A stretch of DNA of 52,142 nt, filler included, from Dirinaria sp. TL-2023a (GCA_051941275.1; 2 parts of 2 records of this genome joined end to end with filler, not necessarily neighbours in it); one strand, 5' to 3'. Positions 13,323 to 26,169 are shown, counted from the whole stretch's first letter. Made by a program: numbers and translations. Notes: generated by a model from the letters alone, not told the origin.

Positions 13323-13783
13323 TTCTTGCCGTCGTGACGACAAAAACTTAGGGCATGGGTCCACCGTCCGGCCGAATTCGTCGATGGTGATGATGGGAAT
13401 TTGCGGTGATCAGGTGAATAGTGGGTCTGGGCTGGATGCTGGAGGGGGTTGTGGTTGGTCCAGGCAGAAAGCCACTTTAGCAGATTCCCATTTCTTCCAG
13501 AGATAAAGTGACAAACCTTCATCCTCGTTTCCTTTCCCTTCTCTTCTTCCATTCCCTTCCCACTGCCACCCTCCACTGTACAAAAGCCAAACCGGTTCGA
13601 CACTTCTGTCGAATTGTGTCTGTGTTGATCCTCTCTTCCAGTGAAGGCAGCAGTCCCAGCTGCATTCATTATCACCTGCTTCGACTGCCGATTCAGGGTT
13701 CTTCGTCCCGCTCCACGATCTACACCGCTTCGTTTTTGTTCCAAGTTCGCCTTGTCAAAGATACTTCGTCCTCGCTAATCAAC

Positions 13784-16705
13784 ATGACGAGGGACACCAA
13801 CTATCGCCGCATTCTTGTAGGCAGCCCTAGTTCTTCGGACCCTGTTCCTGGATCTTTCCAGAACACTCCAGAGACTCAACCAACAGCCATCTCTCCCGAG
13901 GAGGTTCGTTCAGAGCAGCGTGTACCCAAGGCCGGCATTTCCAGACAGAGTGTGCCACCGGCCTTCGGTCTCCATGTTTACCCTATGCCAGGCCCTGGCA
14001 ACCATGTTAGTAATATCTCTGCTTCGAATTCCTTAGACCCGTTTGTTGTATCTTCTCGTGCTGCTGCAGCTGGGTACCAAGCCACCGGGCTGCCTAAGCC
14101 TTCTCCTTCTGCTAGCAGCTTCACTCCTTCAACTGGAGTTCAACCTGTGAACTTGCCTGCCTCTGCTGGTAACAAGCACGGCGAGGACAACAGCGATCAT
14201 CATTCTGCTACGCCTAGGCCACGCGCTACTTTAAGCAGCTTCTTGCCTTCCCAAGTGGGATCTTCGGCTGCCGTTGAGGCAGCAGCGTCTGCAAATGCGC
14301 AGCCTCATCCTGTTGGCTCGTCGGAATCGAATGCTTTTGATAAGGTAGGGCACTTCTCCTCGGATTGTAACACGTCGAGGTACCTCATGCTGGGCCGTGT
14401 TCCGCGAAATATCTCCTTAGCAGAGCTCGAGTCATTGATCGGGGTAAGCTGTTGTCCCATAGCCCCCAGCAGCTGGTCACTTACTAAATGAGCTCAGCAA
14501 AACTTCTTTCCCTCGTTGAAACACCTGGGACTCAACGAGCTCGCCGTTACTGAGACGGTCTACGCCAGCTTCTCCGATATTCGAGATACCTTGAACGCGT
14601 ACACCAAAGTACAGGCAGCTCGACCCGGGTGGACCTTGGGTCTCATTGGCACTATTCGGTACTTCGAGAAGTATTATCCAGGTTTGACGCTCCCTCCCTT
14701 GGTTTACGAAGGCCAAGTGTCTGTCAAAGTTGAGTACGGTGGGCCGGACTCTTGCTTCGATGTTGCCAGCATTGGCGTCATCGTGAAAGAGATCCTGGAA
14801 AACTACGGAGATGTCAACGCCATGGAGGTAACTGAGATTAACTCTCCAGCTGTAACGTTCCGTGCGGAGTATTATGATAGCGTTGCGGTCAATAGTGCAT
14901 TGACGTCGCTCCAAGGGTTCAGAATTGCGGTTAGTTCTAGTGGCATGCTAAATTACTAGAGAAGACTAATAAGGTATGAGTAGGGCTGCACAATTGGCAT
15001 CACAAATTATGGGACGGGAGATGCCGGCCTCATCTCTCCATATGGAGGTCAAGCCCCTTTGATCGTAGGTCACGATGGCACGGGACTCGAGCATGCAATG
15101 GGGAACATGAACCTGGGTGTTGGTCAAGCTACGTATGGTCAAGCTACGTATGGTCATAACTATGTGGCCTCACCCCTAGTCTCGCCTTACTTCACGCCTC
15201 CAGCGGCCAATCGTTCTTTCGGCTATCATAGGGAGCTAAATAGCCAGCAAGTGCCCTCACCTCTGGTACTCCAGAAGACAAACTTCAACGAGCCAGGATC
15301 CGCCGAGAGCTCGCCATGGAGCCCCTTTTTCAGCCCGTACGGGGATTATGGACTACAATCTCCACTCTGGACCCCGTACACCCCTGGTACTATTGGCCAA
15401 GAGCGTGGAACTCCCGTGATGTCACCATACCCCCCGATCTACCCATATCAACAGCGTACACCAGTGAGATTCGTTGGCCGCTCTCCCAACGAATACCCAT
15501 CGAGCCACCATAATTTTGTCGACGTTGAACGTATCCGCCAGGGCTTGGATGTTCGAACAACTGTATGTTACCAAACACGTGTGGCCGAGAAGCCTACTGA
15601 ATCCCACTTTTATAGATTATGCTGCGCAACATTCCAAACAAAATCGACCAGGTAAGTCTTCTCCTTCCGCTCTCGGGAACCAACCTAACGGCGCCAAAGA
15701 CCATGCTTAAGGAGATCGTCGACGAGACGAGCCATGGTAAATATGATTTCATGTACTTGCGTATTGGTAAGTCTCATCTGCGACGAATGAGAATTGGACT
15801 ATACAACTAACTATTGGCAGACTTCGCCAACAATTGCAAGTAAGGAGCTCCTAGGAAATCGGGCATAGGATTTGCCGGGACTAACGCGGACAGTGTTGGC
15901 TATGCCTTCATCAATTTCGAGGACGTGAGTAGAGCTCTCGCCGGGGCCAGCTTCAGACGCTAACTCACAATAGCCTTACTTCGTCATTGATGTCAGTCAA
16001 ACGTGTTAGAAGTGTGCAGCCTCATGCTGACAGTCTAACAGTTCATGAACGCTAGAGCAGGTCAACGCTGGTAAGAATCGTTCCTAGTCGCTGTGCCAAA
16101 GAACTCGCGTTGACTTGAAGAAGGAACCGTTTTAGTAGCGACAAGGTTGCGGAGATCTCTTACGCAAGTAAGACATCGTCTCGGCACCTTTTTGCTGATT
16201 GGCTAACGTGTTACAGCTATCCAAGGTAAGGATTGTTTAGTCCAGAAGTTCCGTAATAGCTCTGTGATGCTCGAGCATCCATCTTTCCGGCCAAAGGTAT
16301 GGACCGCTTATTGATGCGTCGAAGATGTGGCTTATATGCGCAGATCTTTCACACCGGCACTGGTCCGTTGGCAGGGACGGAAGACTCCTTTCCCGGTCCG
16401 GACAATCCATCCAAGATGCGTAGGTCCGTGGAGAATGCTGAGCATATTGGTAAGATATCATCCCCTAGCGACGCAAGTGCAATCTCTAATGGATGGGTAT
16501 ATAAGGCCTGTTCGCACCACGTGTTGGTCAGTCCTACCGCGACGAGCAACGTCGTCGGCGTTCCCAGTGGGACCGTGGTACGCGCATGGCTGCAATGGAT
16601 GATGCGTATGACCTCGCACATCCTACTCACTACTATCCGGGCCCGACTCTACGGTACCGACGCTCTACGCCATACCTTCCCACCTTTGCAGAGTACCATT
16701 CGTAA
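13784..16705 (+). CDS. mei2: Mei2-like RNA-binding protein (C-terminal Mei2-type RRM); about 13 exons
   Basis: The spliced C-terminus reads DVRTTIMLRNIPNKIDQTMLKEIVDETSHGKYDFMYLRIDFANNCNVGYAFINFEDP...WNRFSSDKVAEISYATIQGKDCLVQKFRNSSVM, the Mei2 RRM3 signature. Degenerate RRMs lie upstream. Stop TAA at 16703-16705. Confidence 0.88.
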
Positions 16706-17199
16706 CACCACCTCCGCCAAAACTGTTTCCCTATTGTTTCTTGATAAGCATGGGCCTTTGTGCATATGATATTGGAGTGGCGGCCAGGCTTGGTCGCCCC
16801 CTTATCGTATTACTTTCGACAATCTTATGGGTCTTTACGGAAAATGGGTAACAGGAAAGCGATGGAGGCGGTCTTTGTAGGTCATGGGTCCCGGTTGTCT
16901 TAAAATCCAACGCGAAGTGTGGCATTTGGTGCTATCATGTGGAATGCTGGCTCGATAGCTTCAACTGGACTATTGGCTGTAGCTAGTGTATGGCACCTTC
17001 GCTGTGAGATTTCGAATTCGTTAGGTAGAATGGTAGCCAGTAGCAGTCCACTTTGACGGACATCTCGCTTAGCAGAACAATGCAAATTTGCGCTTCTTAA
17101 CATCATCTTCTGCCATTGACCGTTTCCAGAAAAAGATTTATGTACAAGCAAACTGTAGAGACCAACACCCTTCCCGACCATTATCCAACAAAGCTCGAC

Positions 17200-17939
17200 A
17201 TGGACTTGGATATCCCAAAATTGCAAGAGTGCTCGAAAATCCTGCATCTAGTATTTCATCGAAACAAGAATCAGCACCGCCAGGCTAAGTGGTGGAAAAA
17301 TCTATCGATGCTCAAACGATGCCTAACGAAGTTGATTACTGAGTTAAATCATGTCGATTGTATGAGGTTCTGTGCAAGGCTGAGATACATGGAAACCCAT
17401 CTCCTTCCTGAATGCTACGTGTACGAAAATCTCCAGCCTCGTCATCCATGGCCTTCTTGAACTGTGCTGAAGACGTTGCCAGATCATTCAGCCATGTCAT
17501 TCAAGATAACCAGTTTGCCGCTCTTGGTCTGGTCTTATTCGCTGAGCTAGCCAAAATTTCTCGCCTGGTTGGCGCCAAAATTGATAACCACCAGGATGCT
17601 GGGGAGCCAACGATAGATCCCCAAAAGGCTCTGCAAGCACCTGTTCTTCGGTTGTTTGAGGATTTTGGCGAAGCCGTAGAGAGGAAAAATAGTACAGAAA
17701 CCCTTACACATCTCCTGAGAGGGTCTGTCGAGCGTTCTGATCTCGGCAGAGGATTACACTCTACTCCAACTCCTGAAAACACTGAAAAGCACCCTTTCTG
17801 TGTCCAGCCAACGCGTTCGGTGGCAATGCAGTCTGGTAAGACTAGCGTGAATGCGCATGACACGCCTCCCAAACGTCCCAAAAAGCGAAAGCGTAAAGGC
17901 ACAAATGCCATAGATGATCTCTTCCAGGCCCTTGAGTGA
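17200..17939 (+). CDS. RMP1: RNase MRP protein subunit Rmp1-like; 2 exons
   Basis: ILHLVFHRNKNQHRQAKWWKNL, followed after the intron by FSHVIQDNQFAALGLVLFAELAK, and a C-terminal KKRKRKGTNAIDDLF. These match my recollection of Rmp1 family features. Confidence 0.8.
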
Positions 17940-18058
17940 TGAGCTGGTTCCCAAGAGATGACGCAAAATTTTCGGATCAGAAAGGATTTATATTTCGGGC
18001 AGTATTCACCGAAGGCTATGAGATCACTGGTCTCTACCTAATCTAGGCTATTCCTACA

Positions 18059-21029
18059 CTACGACAGGAGACTGAACAAGACGCTTCCATACAAGATATC
18101 TATACATAGATGCTGTCCAATACTCCATGCCATGCTAAACAGATATTTCGGTGAGAATACCGTCCAGATAAACAGATGGGTTCTTAATGCTGTGCATGCC
18201 AACATGACGAAAAGAACAGAGCTCGCTACGAATGCCGTTAATAGTGATAGATGCTGGATCCAAGCCTCATAACGCCCCTGCAGCTTTTCTGACAGGAGCA
18301 GCACTGTCGCTGATGTCCACCAGAGGGGTCCAGCCCAGTTGGAGCAGAAGGTTAGAAGGCCGACCGCAGCGGCATTGTAGCCACTTATGCCGTTATATGC
18401 GTTTGAAAGATCCACTGAGGATATTGCATTGGAACCACCGAATGCGAAGAACGAAGAGTGTTGGAATAGAATCGAAGTCAGTGTCAGCTCGTAAATTGAG
18501 AGGTCCAAGGATTGTACGGCATGGAACTGCATTTCGAACAGGAGGAAGATGGGTATGTTCGTAACCCGAGATTCTGTCACCAGGAACAGTGTCAACAGAT
18601 CGTGGAGCGACGGAAGCAGGTCTAGACAGCATGTCAGTTTTTATTGTGAGTCCTGAAAATGTCGACATATACCTTGACTATTTACAATGTCGTCGAAGGG
18701 CTTGGAGACTTTTGCACCAGCTGTGAAGAAGCCGATCAATGCTATTCCTATGAATACCGCTCTGGCTTGAGAAACCAGCGATGCCTCCTCCATCGGCTTC
18801 AGCACGAACCAGTCAAGCCCGAGTAAAAGCTCCGGTGCATCTTCTTTGGTGAAGGCTACTTTGAATCCAAGCGCTCCGAGACAAAGAGCTATCGAAGATG
18901 CGGCAGCTATTGTCCGAGGAGCTTTCGGTAGACTTCTACCGGCGAGACGTTGAGCGACGTCCAGATACGCTGCGAGCACAAAAATCCACAAAGCAAAATT
19001 GTGCGAAGGAAGGAAGCTCTTCGCTACGTCTGGCTCTCCAGCACGTTTTTGGCCGGTCTGGTTCCACGAGCGGACCACTCGAAGGACGCCAAGCAGTACT
19101 GCTGCAGATGAAATGCCCGAAAATCCCTTCAGACCTTCGGATGATCGCCTAGGAGACATTAATCCTGGTGCCTCTTGGAACACAGTCTTGGGAACTGACC
19201 TCTTCAGTATCAACCAGCCGAGCCAACCAGAGAGTACCCAATACCAGAAGTGGTGCTCTTCCTCGACATAGCTGCTAGCGAACATCATCACACCATATGA
19301 AATACTAACAAAAAGCGACCATAACCCGGCAAAGCGTACCTTGATTAAAATAGGTCCAGTGGTCAAGAAAGCGAAAGTAGAGGCCACTGCCGCGAGCGCA
19401 ATACCGCCGTAAAGTCTACCGATATTGTAATTGCTTGCTGTGCTGCTAAGGACATCTTGAGCCCTTTTCGAGAACTACTTTGGCATTAGATCGATCTTCT
19501 TGACTCAATAAACGTCAAGCTTACATCGACTAATGCTGACAATGCCTTTGGCTGGCTCTCATCCTCCGCAGCTTGCATGGCTTTCGACCAAAGGCAGCTC
19601 AACAATTCGGCGTCCGACCGCAATTCCCCACAGTGCTGCGCTGGCTGTCTATTGAATAGAAAGTCAGGAAATGTCTCCTTTACGATTGCCAAAATCTGCT
19701 CGGCATTTTGTCTCATTATTTGGATCTTATGCTCTGCGCACACATCAGCATGATTGACTACCCCTATCCGAACTTGTTCAGGCAACTCACTAGCCTCCCA
19801 AAAGTTCAGCATCTCTGGAATGAAGACACCCAGATTGTTAAGGGGGACTGGAAATCCTAGCATCCCAGCGACAGTGGGCGCGATGTCGGACTGCTCTACC
19901 AAGCGGTAGTAATGGAAACCCTCCCCTGACAACGTGGTTGGGCACATGACACCCTTTGATACCGTCCGAAGCCTGGGCGACAGAAACACTAATGCCGGAG
20001 ATGTTTCGCTTTCTGCAGAACCTCCGTGATTGCCAGCGTCGTTCATTCCATGATCGCCGCAGAGGACGAGTAACGTGGATTGAAGATGGTCTTTCGTCTC
20101 AATTGCGGTATATATTTCTCTAACAATACCATCCATCTCGGTTTGCTTGGGGATCATATGAGGGCTATGACTAAGTTCAGTACCGCATATGCTAAACGAG
20201 TTGAGATCTCATCACCTCTTTGGTCCAAGCTTATGGCCGATGTGGTCGAGGCCGAGGTAGTGCATGAACATGCCATTCCAATCGCTCTGACTGAGTTCGT
20301 GAGAGAGATGCCTAGTCACATTATTGTCTACTTCAGTAAAATCCTGATACACGCATGATTTAGTCTCTACTTCTACATTACATGAACTTTGCAAAGTACC
20401 ACTGACCGAGACGAAAAAGCTCGACGTTCCATCCGCACGAGAAAAAGTATCAGGGAACAGCTTTAGCCATGTGTCATCTCCATACATAAGTAAACTTCCC
20501 CCCGGCTTGTCTCGCAACTGTGCCAACCATGTGTCTTGGAGAGCCAAGTTGGATGTTGTGTCCGATTCGGCGAAATTCAAGATTACATCCAAGAATGAAG
20601 GCACCGAACCTGTAGTGATTGCTTTGATGCGAGGCATCGTTATCGTAGGAGACGTCGCATGCGCCGTGAAAGGCATGGCCGTCCCATTGCGGATCAAACT
20701 GGCGGAGAGAAGTCAGTGTTGGGTCTGTGACATTCGAAACCGGTACTGACCCCTGAGTGAATTTGAAGCCGGAATCCGGAGCATACACAAAGTCACTATA
20801 CTCTTCAGCTTGGGCGGAAAGTTATCCGTGGAGCTTCAGACCTTCTCAGCGCATCCACGACCATGAAAATGATCCTGTCGAAAGGGGCCACTTGGACATC
20901 GCCAGTTTTGAAGGAAGCCTTGCCCGGTAGAAAAGGCTTGTAGGGGAAGAACCCTGTAGCAAAGAGCAAGATGGCCGAAGGTATCAGTAGATTAGCAATA
21001 ACCAAGTACAGGGAGCGTTGCAAAGCCAT
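18059..21029 (-). CDS. GPI7: GPI ethanolamine phosphate transferase 2 (PIG-G); multi-exon
   Basis: GFFPYKP, FMVVDALR, PTITMPRIKAITTGSVPSFLDVILN, GDDTWLKLFP, HYLGLDHIGH, CGDHGMNDAGNHGG, SSYVEEEHHFWYW and LRTHLFIWTVFSPKYLF. Confidence 0.93.
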
Positions 21030-21698
21030 GCCGAAGGGTCTCCTTGAACATCAGTAGCAGCCTCAACCGGCCTCACTCTACCATCACAGAAAGTAAACCC
21101 ATTGACTTGGTGCATGGAGATGATAACTCGAGTCGCTTCAACGCGGCATCACCCAGATACCGCGGAATTGATTGAGGTTCTTTACGCCGCTCATCACGGA
21201 ACAGTTATCTATCTAAGGTAAGGTGCAGTTGGCCGAGCTTGGTGCCAAGCCTCATCCGCCGCAGTCGCCACTTTTGGGTTTCTGCCATCTACCTACATGT
21301 ACGTAACTACGCAATCAGATATATCGTTCCCAAACGGTATTTCATGCAGACGCCTCGGACTATCAATCCCCAGATCACGGTTGGATGGTGGGAGATGAGC
21401 AGGCACGCGTCATTCAGCGCGGAGCCTCTGGTGACGGTTCTGTAGAGCGCCAGGCAAATTCTACCGTGCTAAAGCACCTTGGGCATCTTGCAAGAATGTA
21501 GTGCTGTAGGCACCGGCCAAGCGTTACTCTGGGAGACCTGGATTGCTTCGATAGTCACTTCAAGAGAGCTTGCGATATGACGCTTGATGCGCCATGATGT
21601 ATGGTATCGCCTCAAATATGCTAATTGAAAGACCTGTCCATGTCTCTGGGTATCGTGCAAAAGAAACGGATTGGGAGTCTCCACGTGCGGCTGTTGTT

Positions 21699-22237
21699 CT
21701 AAACCCTCGGCTTGGTGTGTGCTCTGGGCCTTCTCCCCTTCTTGTAAACCGGGAATACCATGCTTGACCTCGCCTTGTGCCTTCCTCGTTTCTGTATCCG
21801 GTCTGAATTTTTCGTTTGTTTCCTGGAAGCGGCCTCTTGATGAGGATCTAGATCCATTCCTGCAGAATCTATGTAAAGTATCGTGAGCCTTCGAAACATG
21901 ACTATAGAGTATTTTCTGCCTGAGACTCTCATGGAGCGCACCCTCTTCTTGCGGTTTCGTCCGGGCTGCCATGTCCACCTCGCTCTTTTTTGCAGTGTCC
22001 ACTGATCCTCGGTCAATATTACAGGAGCATCGAAGCCATTCATTGTGATATAATCGAACCTTCGTCGTCGACTTGCATCCTTGTGTCCTCTTCAGTAGCC
22101 GGTCGGGGCTTCGATGCAAGCTTGAGAAGCTTTGCGGAGAGTCGCTCTTTCCGCGCATTTTCCGCAGGGCCGAAGACTTTGGCTCTCAGCCTGGCTTTGT
22201 TGACTTTATTTCTGGTGGCTCTTAAGCCTTTCGCCAT
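21699..22237 (-). CDS. Small basic protein, DUF2423 (YBL028C-like); 3 exons
   Basis: The N-terminus MAKGLRATRNKVNKARLRAKVFGPAENARKERLSAKL is characteristic of the family. The spliced C-terminus RIQKRGRHKARSSMVFPVYKKG ends at TAG 21699. Confidence 0.75.
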
Positions 22238-22609
22238 GTCCGATCAGAATGGATTGCGATGGGGGACTAGCGGGGTCTTGAATAGTGAGGATGCTGGCTC
22301 GCTGGGTTTGTTGAGCGGAATAAGGTGTAGATTCCCCGTCCCAAGTGTTTCGTACAGACCCATGTCACATTGATGCCTTCTTTCAACCTCACCTCACTTT
22401 CTTTGATATCTACATCCCATGACTTGCACAATTCACTCCATACCACCTTACTGAGTCCAGTGTTTGTCCTCCAGTGAATGCGTCGCTTGCTCATCAAGTG
22501 ATTCTTCACTTCGGACTTGATGGCTTTCTCCAACGCATCCAAAGTACTACCTTGGAGCTGTCTAGATGCCCACAAGGACTAGCTGTGACGTCTTAGTCCT
22601 GCCTGCAAG

Positions 22610-24637
22610 ATGGCCTCTGATAGCCTGATCAATCCGCAGTCCCTTATTGCGAAGGTGAAATTGCTTACGAATGCACAACTCAAGGATGTCTTGAAACGAG
22701 AAGGCCTTCCAGTATCGGGTGTAAAGTCACTCTTGCAAGAGCGGCTGATTGCGCGTAAGTTCGAATCTTGTAACCTTGGACGTTTGGTTCAACTGTGTAG
22801 ATAATGGGCCTCCGGGGGATGTTAGCTGTGTTGTAAACTGATCTGAAAATCCGCTCATTTAGCAATAAATGACTATGCAAGCACCGGAAACTACGAGGCA
22901 TTCAACCGGATGCGAGCTCTTGTCAATGATCCTAAAGGCAGCCTCACGCCTTCACCAGCAGCAAGTTCTCGATCTATCCAGACTAATACGTTACCACCGC
23001 TCGATCCTATGTTCTCCCTTCCAAATGGACACAATAGACCTCCGGCACAATATGCACCTAAAATGAACATGCAATCCTTTGGATCAGGTATGAACGCCCT
23101 TGAATTCAGTGATGACTTTAATTGATTGCCAATCAGCCCGGCCAAATTTCAAGGATAGCCCCTTTTACACCATTTTAGAGCCATTGACTGCAGTGCTCGA
23201 ATGCAAAGGTATTTCATCCAGTTTCCGATTCTTGCATGACGCTGTCTTTTAACTTCAGTGCCACTCACCCAAAGCCTTAGTCCGCGAAGCAACAAGAGAT
23301 CATGTCGAAGCGAAGATCATCTTTAAGCCAGATGTAGCAGACAGACTTATGAACGAGCCCAATCTCAAGGTCATGGTCTACTGTGCGGCCGATCCTATCT
23401 CGCCCTTTACAAAAGTAGATATTGCCTTCCCGTACCAAGTAGAGATCCGAGTCAACGGAGACGAGGTAAAATCGAACCTCAGAGGTCTCAAAAACAAGCC
23501 AGGTTCGACCAGGCCTGCAGACATTACAAACTTGGTGCGCAAGCGAGCCGGGTATGAGAATATGATGACCTGCACATACGCACTCACACAAAAGGTTAGT
23601 ATTTTCCATCTATACCCTGTCTAGGTGTTACTGCCAGTGGGACAGTTGCATTAGATCTTCTCGAGCATGTGCTGAGACTACCAAGAAATTCTATATCGTC
23701 ATCAATCTGGTCAAACAGCATCCAGTAGAAGAGCTGGTAGCAAGACTCAAGGCCGGCAAAATTATTTCAAAGGAACAAGTCATCCGAGAAAGTACGTATA
23801 CTCGCCACTACCCCATTCCACAAATGGCATACTGATTTGCGAGTAGTGGCTAGCAAGGCTCAAGACGCCGACATTGAGGCCACTTCGTCCATCATGTCTT
23901 TGAAATGCCCGATCTCTACCTTACGAATAGATGTCCCATGTCGCTCAACAGTCTGCCTTCATAACCAATGTTACGATGCACCGTCCTTTCTACAATTGCA
24001 AGAGCAGGCACCAACGTGGACGTGCCCTGTGTGCGGTAAAATTGTCTCTTTTGAAGCATTGACTATCGATAAGTAAGTCGGCGAACACGCATATCCGCCC
24101 ATTCTTTTCTAACATCCACTTTGTAGATACGTGGATAACATTTTGAAGTCTACTGCAAGATCTGTGGAGCAAGTCACTATTGAACCGAGTGGACAGTGGC
24201 GGAAGACCTCAGATGAGGATGAATCCTCGAAGCCTGGAGGCGGGCAAGCAAGCGACAGTGATCAGGATCTCGTGGAGATCAAAGATATGCCTAGGATGGC
24301 AGCTGTCAAGAATGAGTCTTTGAACGACAGCACATCATCCCTAATGAGGACTCCGCCAACATCATCACGAGAACCCTCGGCCTCGTCTGGGAGACCTTCT
24401 TCAAAAAGGCCTGCTCCTGAGGTCATTGATCTGAGTAGCGATGACGATCAACCACCACAACCGCCGCCGAAACGGCAAGCGGGAAGCAATTCCCAAAGCA
24501 ACGGACTGACCAATTTCATTCTTGAAGGTGCTCGGCCACAGTATCCGGGTGGGACGAGCTTTCCATTGCCCAGGCCTGCGCAACCAAACGCACGTGCAAC
24601 ATCTAATCCGATGACGCCAAATTACCGACATCCTTGA
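22610..24637 (+). CDS. SIZ1: PIAS-type SUMO E3 ligase (SAP, PINIT, SP-RING/zf-MIZ, SIM); multi-exon
   Basis: SAP domain LTNAQLKDVLKREGLPVSGVKSLLQERL; PINIT-like NLRGLKNKPGSTRPADIT; SP-RING SLKCPISTLRIDVPCRSTVCLHNQCYDA...WTCPVC; SIM VIDLSSDDD. Confidence 0.9.
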
Positions 24638-25485
24638 CCAAGAAGGATACATAGTCCTTGTTCTCATCTTCATATCTGCGCTGGGGACCAGTGCAAGGCA
24701 GTGGGAGGTTTAGTATACGGAGAAGCATCATTTCATCGGCGTCACTACGGACATGAGGGTAGTGTTTCATTATGGCAAAGGTCTCGGAGTGTCAGCGTGA
24801 TCGCAAGCAAGGCGCTAGGTCTGGGTATGTGCCATGAGGCAAACGAGGAGCGATGCTTTGTGGCTTTTGCATTATAGACATGCGTATTGCGCTGGAATAA
24901 TACCCTGGGGGCGCATGGGCTTGCTGTGCCGAGCGAGCAACCGTACATTAAATATTTGTGGGAAGTGAAGCTAAAAAAATCCGTGTCCGTGGACTTTCTA
25001 CATTTTTCAAGAATTAAATCTTTTCAAGATTTTTCTCATGCATTCGCTCAGAAATTGCTAAGAAAATATGACTTAGTATGATAGCCCATCCCACCACATT
25101 GAAACACTAAAAGTGATCCACATGTCTCCCCTCCATACGCCAATACATACACCTTCGTCACCTACCTTACTTTGAACTATCGCGCCTCTAGATAACGCAA
25201 CCTTCACCTTCAACGAAATAACAAATAAGAAAGAAAGAAGAGAAAAATAAAAGGAAAAAAGGGAGGGAAAAAACAAAACCAAAAAACAAAATGCCACACC
25301 CCACCAAGCTCCAAGCAGCTCCTGCCACCTCCTAAACTATTCATTAATTCATTCACCTTTCCCACCCGGGACCACCAAAAGAATCCTCAATCTGCCCAAT
25401 CCCCTGCCCCTCATCCCTCCTCCATCAAAAGGCGCGCCCTTCCTCTCCCTCCCAAGAAAAAAACCCAACCCTCAAAAAAAACAAT

Positions 25486-26055
25486 ATGTCCTTCGACACG
25501 CCCCTTGCCCCCTACAACGCCTCGGACCCGCACGCGACCTTCCTAAACGCCTCGTGCCTCGATCTGCTCCTGATAGAAATGGTTCCCATGGCGTATCGCA
25601 TCGCCGAGGACCTGACGCTCCCAACAACAACCCCTACCACTACCGCTACCGCGACTGCATCGATTGTCAACGGGAGCAAGAAGCAGCAGGGTGTAGTGGG
25701 GGGAGGGGAAGATGAGGAAGGGAGGGAGGAGAAGCGGAAAGAGATTGCGCAGAGCAGGTTGGAAGCGTTGGGATGGAGGGTCGGGGTTGGGGTTGTGGAA
25801 AGGTTTGTTTCCCTCCTTCCTCCCTTCCCCTTTTTTTTTTCGGTTTTTCTACGTTTAGAGCACAGATGAAGTATTGAGCAGGGAGAAAAGAAGCTGATTC
25901 GAAGATTGGGGCGGGTTTCCCTTTGGGGATGGATCAGATTCTCCCGCGACAGAGCACGCTTCACGGATACGCTCGACATGATCAAGTTCCTGTGCAAAGA
26001 TCTCTGGACCCTGCTGTTCAGGAAGCAGATCGATAATCTGAAGACGAATCATCGG
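25486..26055 (+). CDS. TRS33: TRAPP complex subunit Trs33 (TRAPPC6), 5' part only, truncated by the contig end
   Basis: [70 protein letters not shown]. It ends at a GTATGT donor just before the N gap. Confidence 0.9.
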
Positions 26056-26069
26056 GTATGTCCCAGTGC

Positions 26070-26169
26070 NNNNNNNNNNNNNNNNNNNNNNNNNNNNNNN
26101 NNNNNNNNNNNNNTTAATTAATTAANNNNNNNNNNNNNNNNNNNNNNNNNNNNNNNNNNNNNNNNNNNN
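26070..26169. other. Artificial contig spacer: 44 N + TTAATTAATTAA + 44 N
   Basis: The 12-mer at 26114-26125 has stop codons in all six frames and is centred in exactly 100 nt. Confidence 0.97.

Noticed and set aside
21469..22158. 229-aa minus-strand ORF overlapping the DUF2423 gene
   Set aside because: It reads through introns and alternative frames of the spliced three-exon gene.
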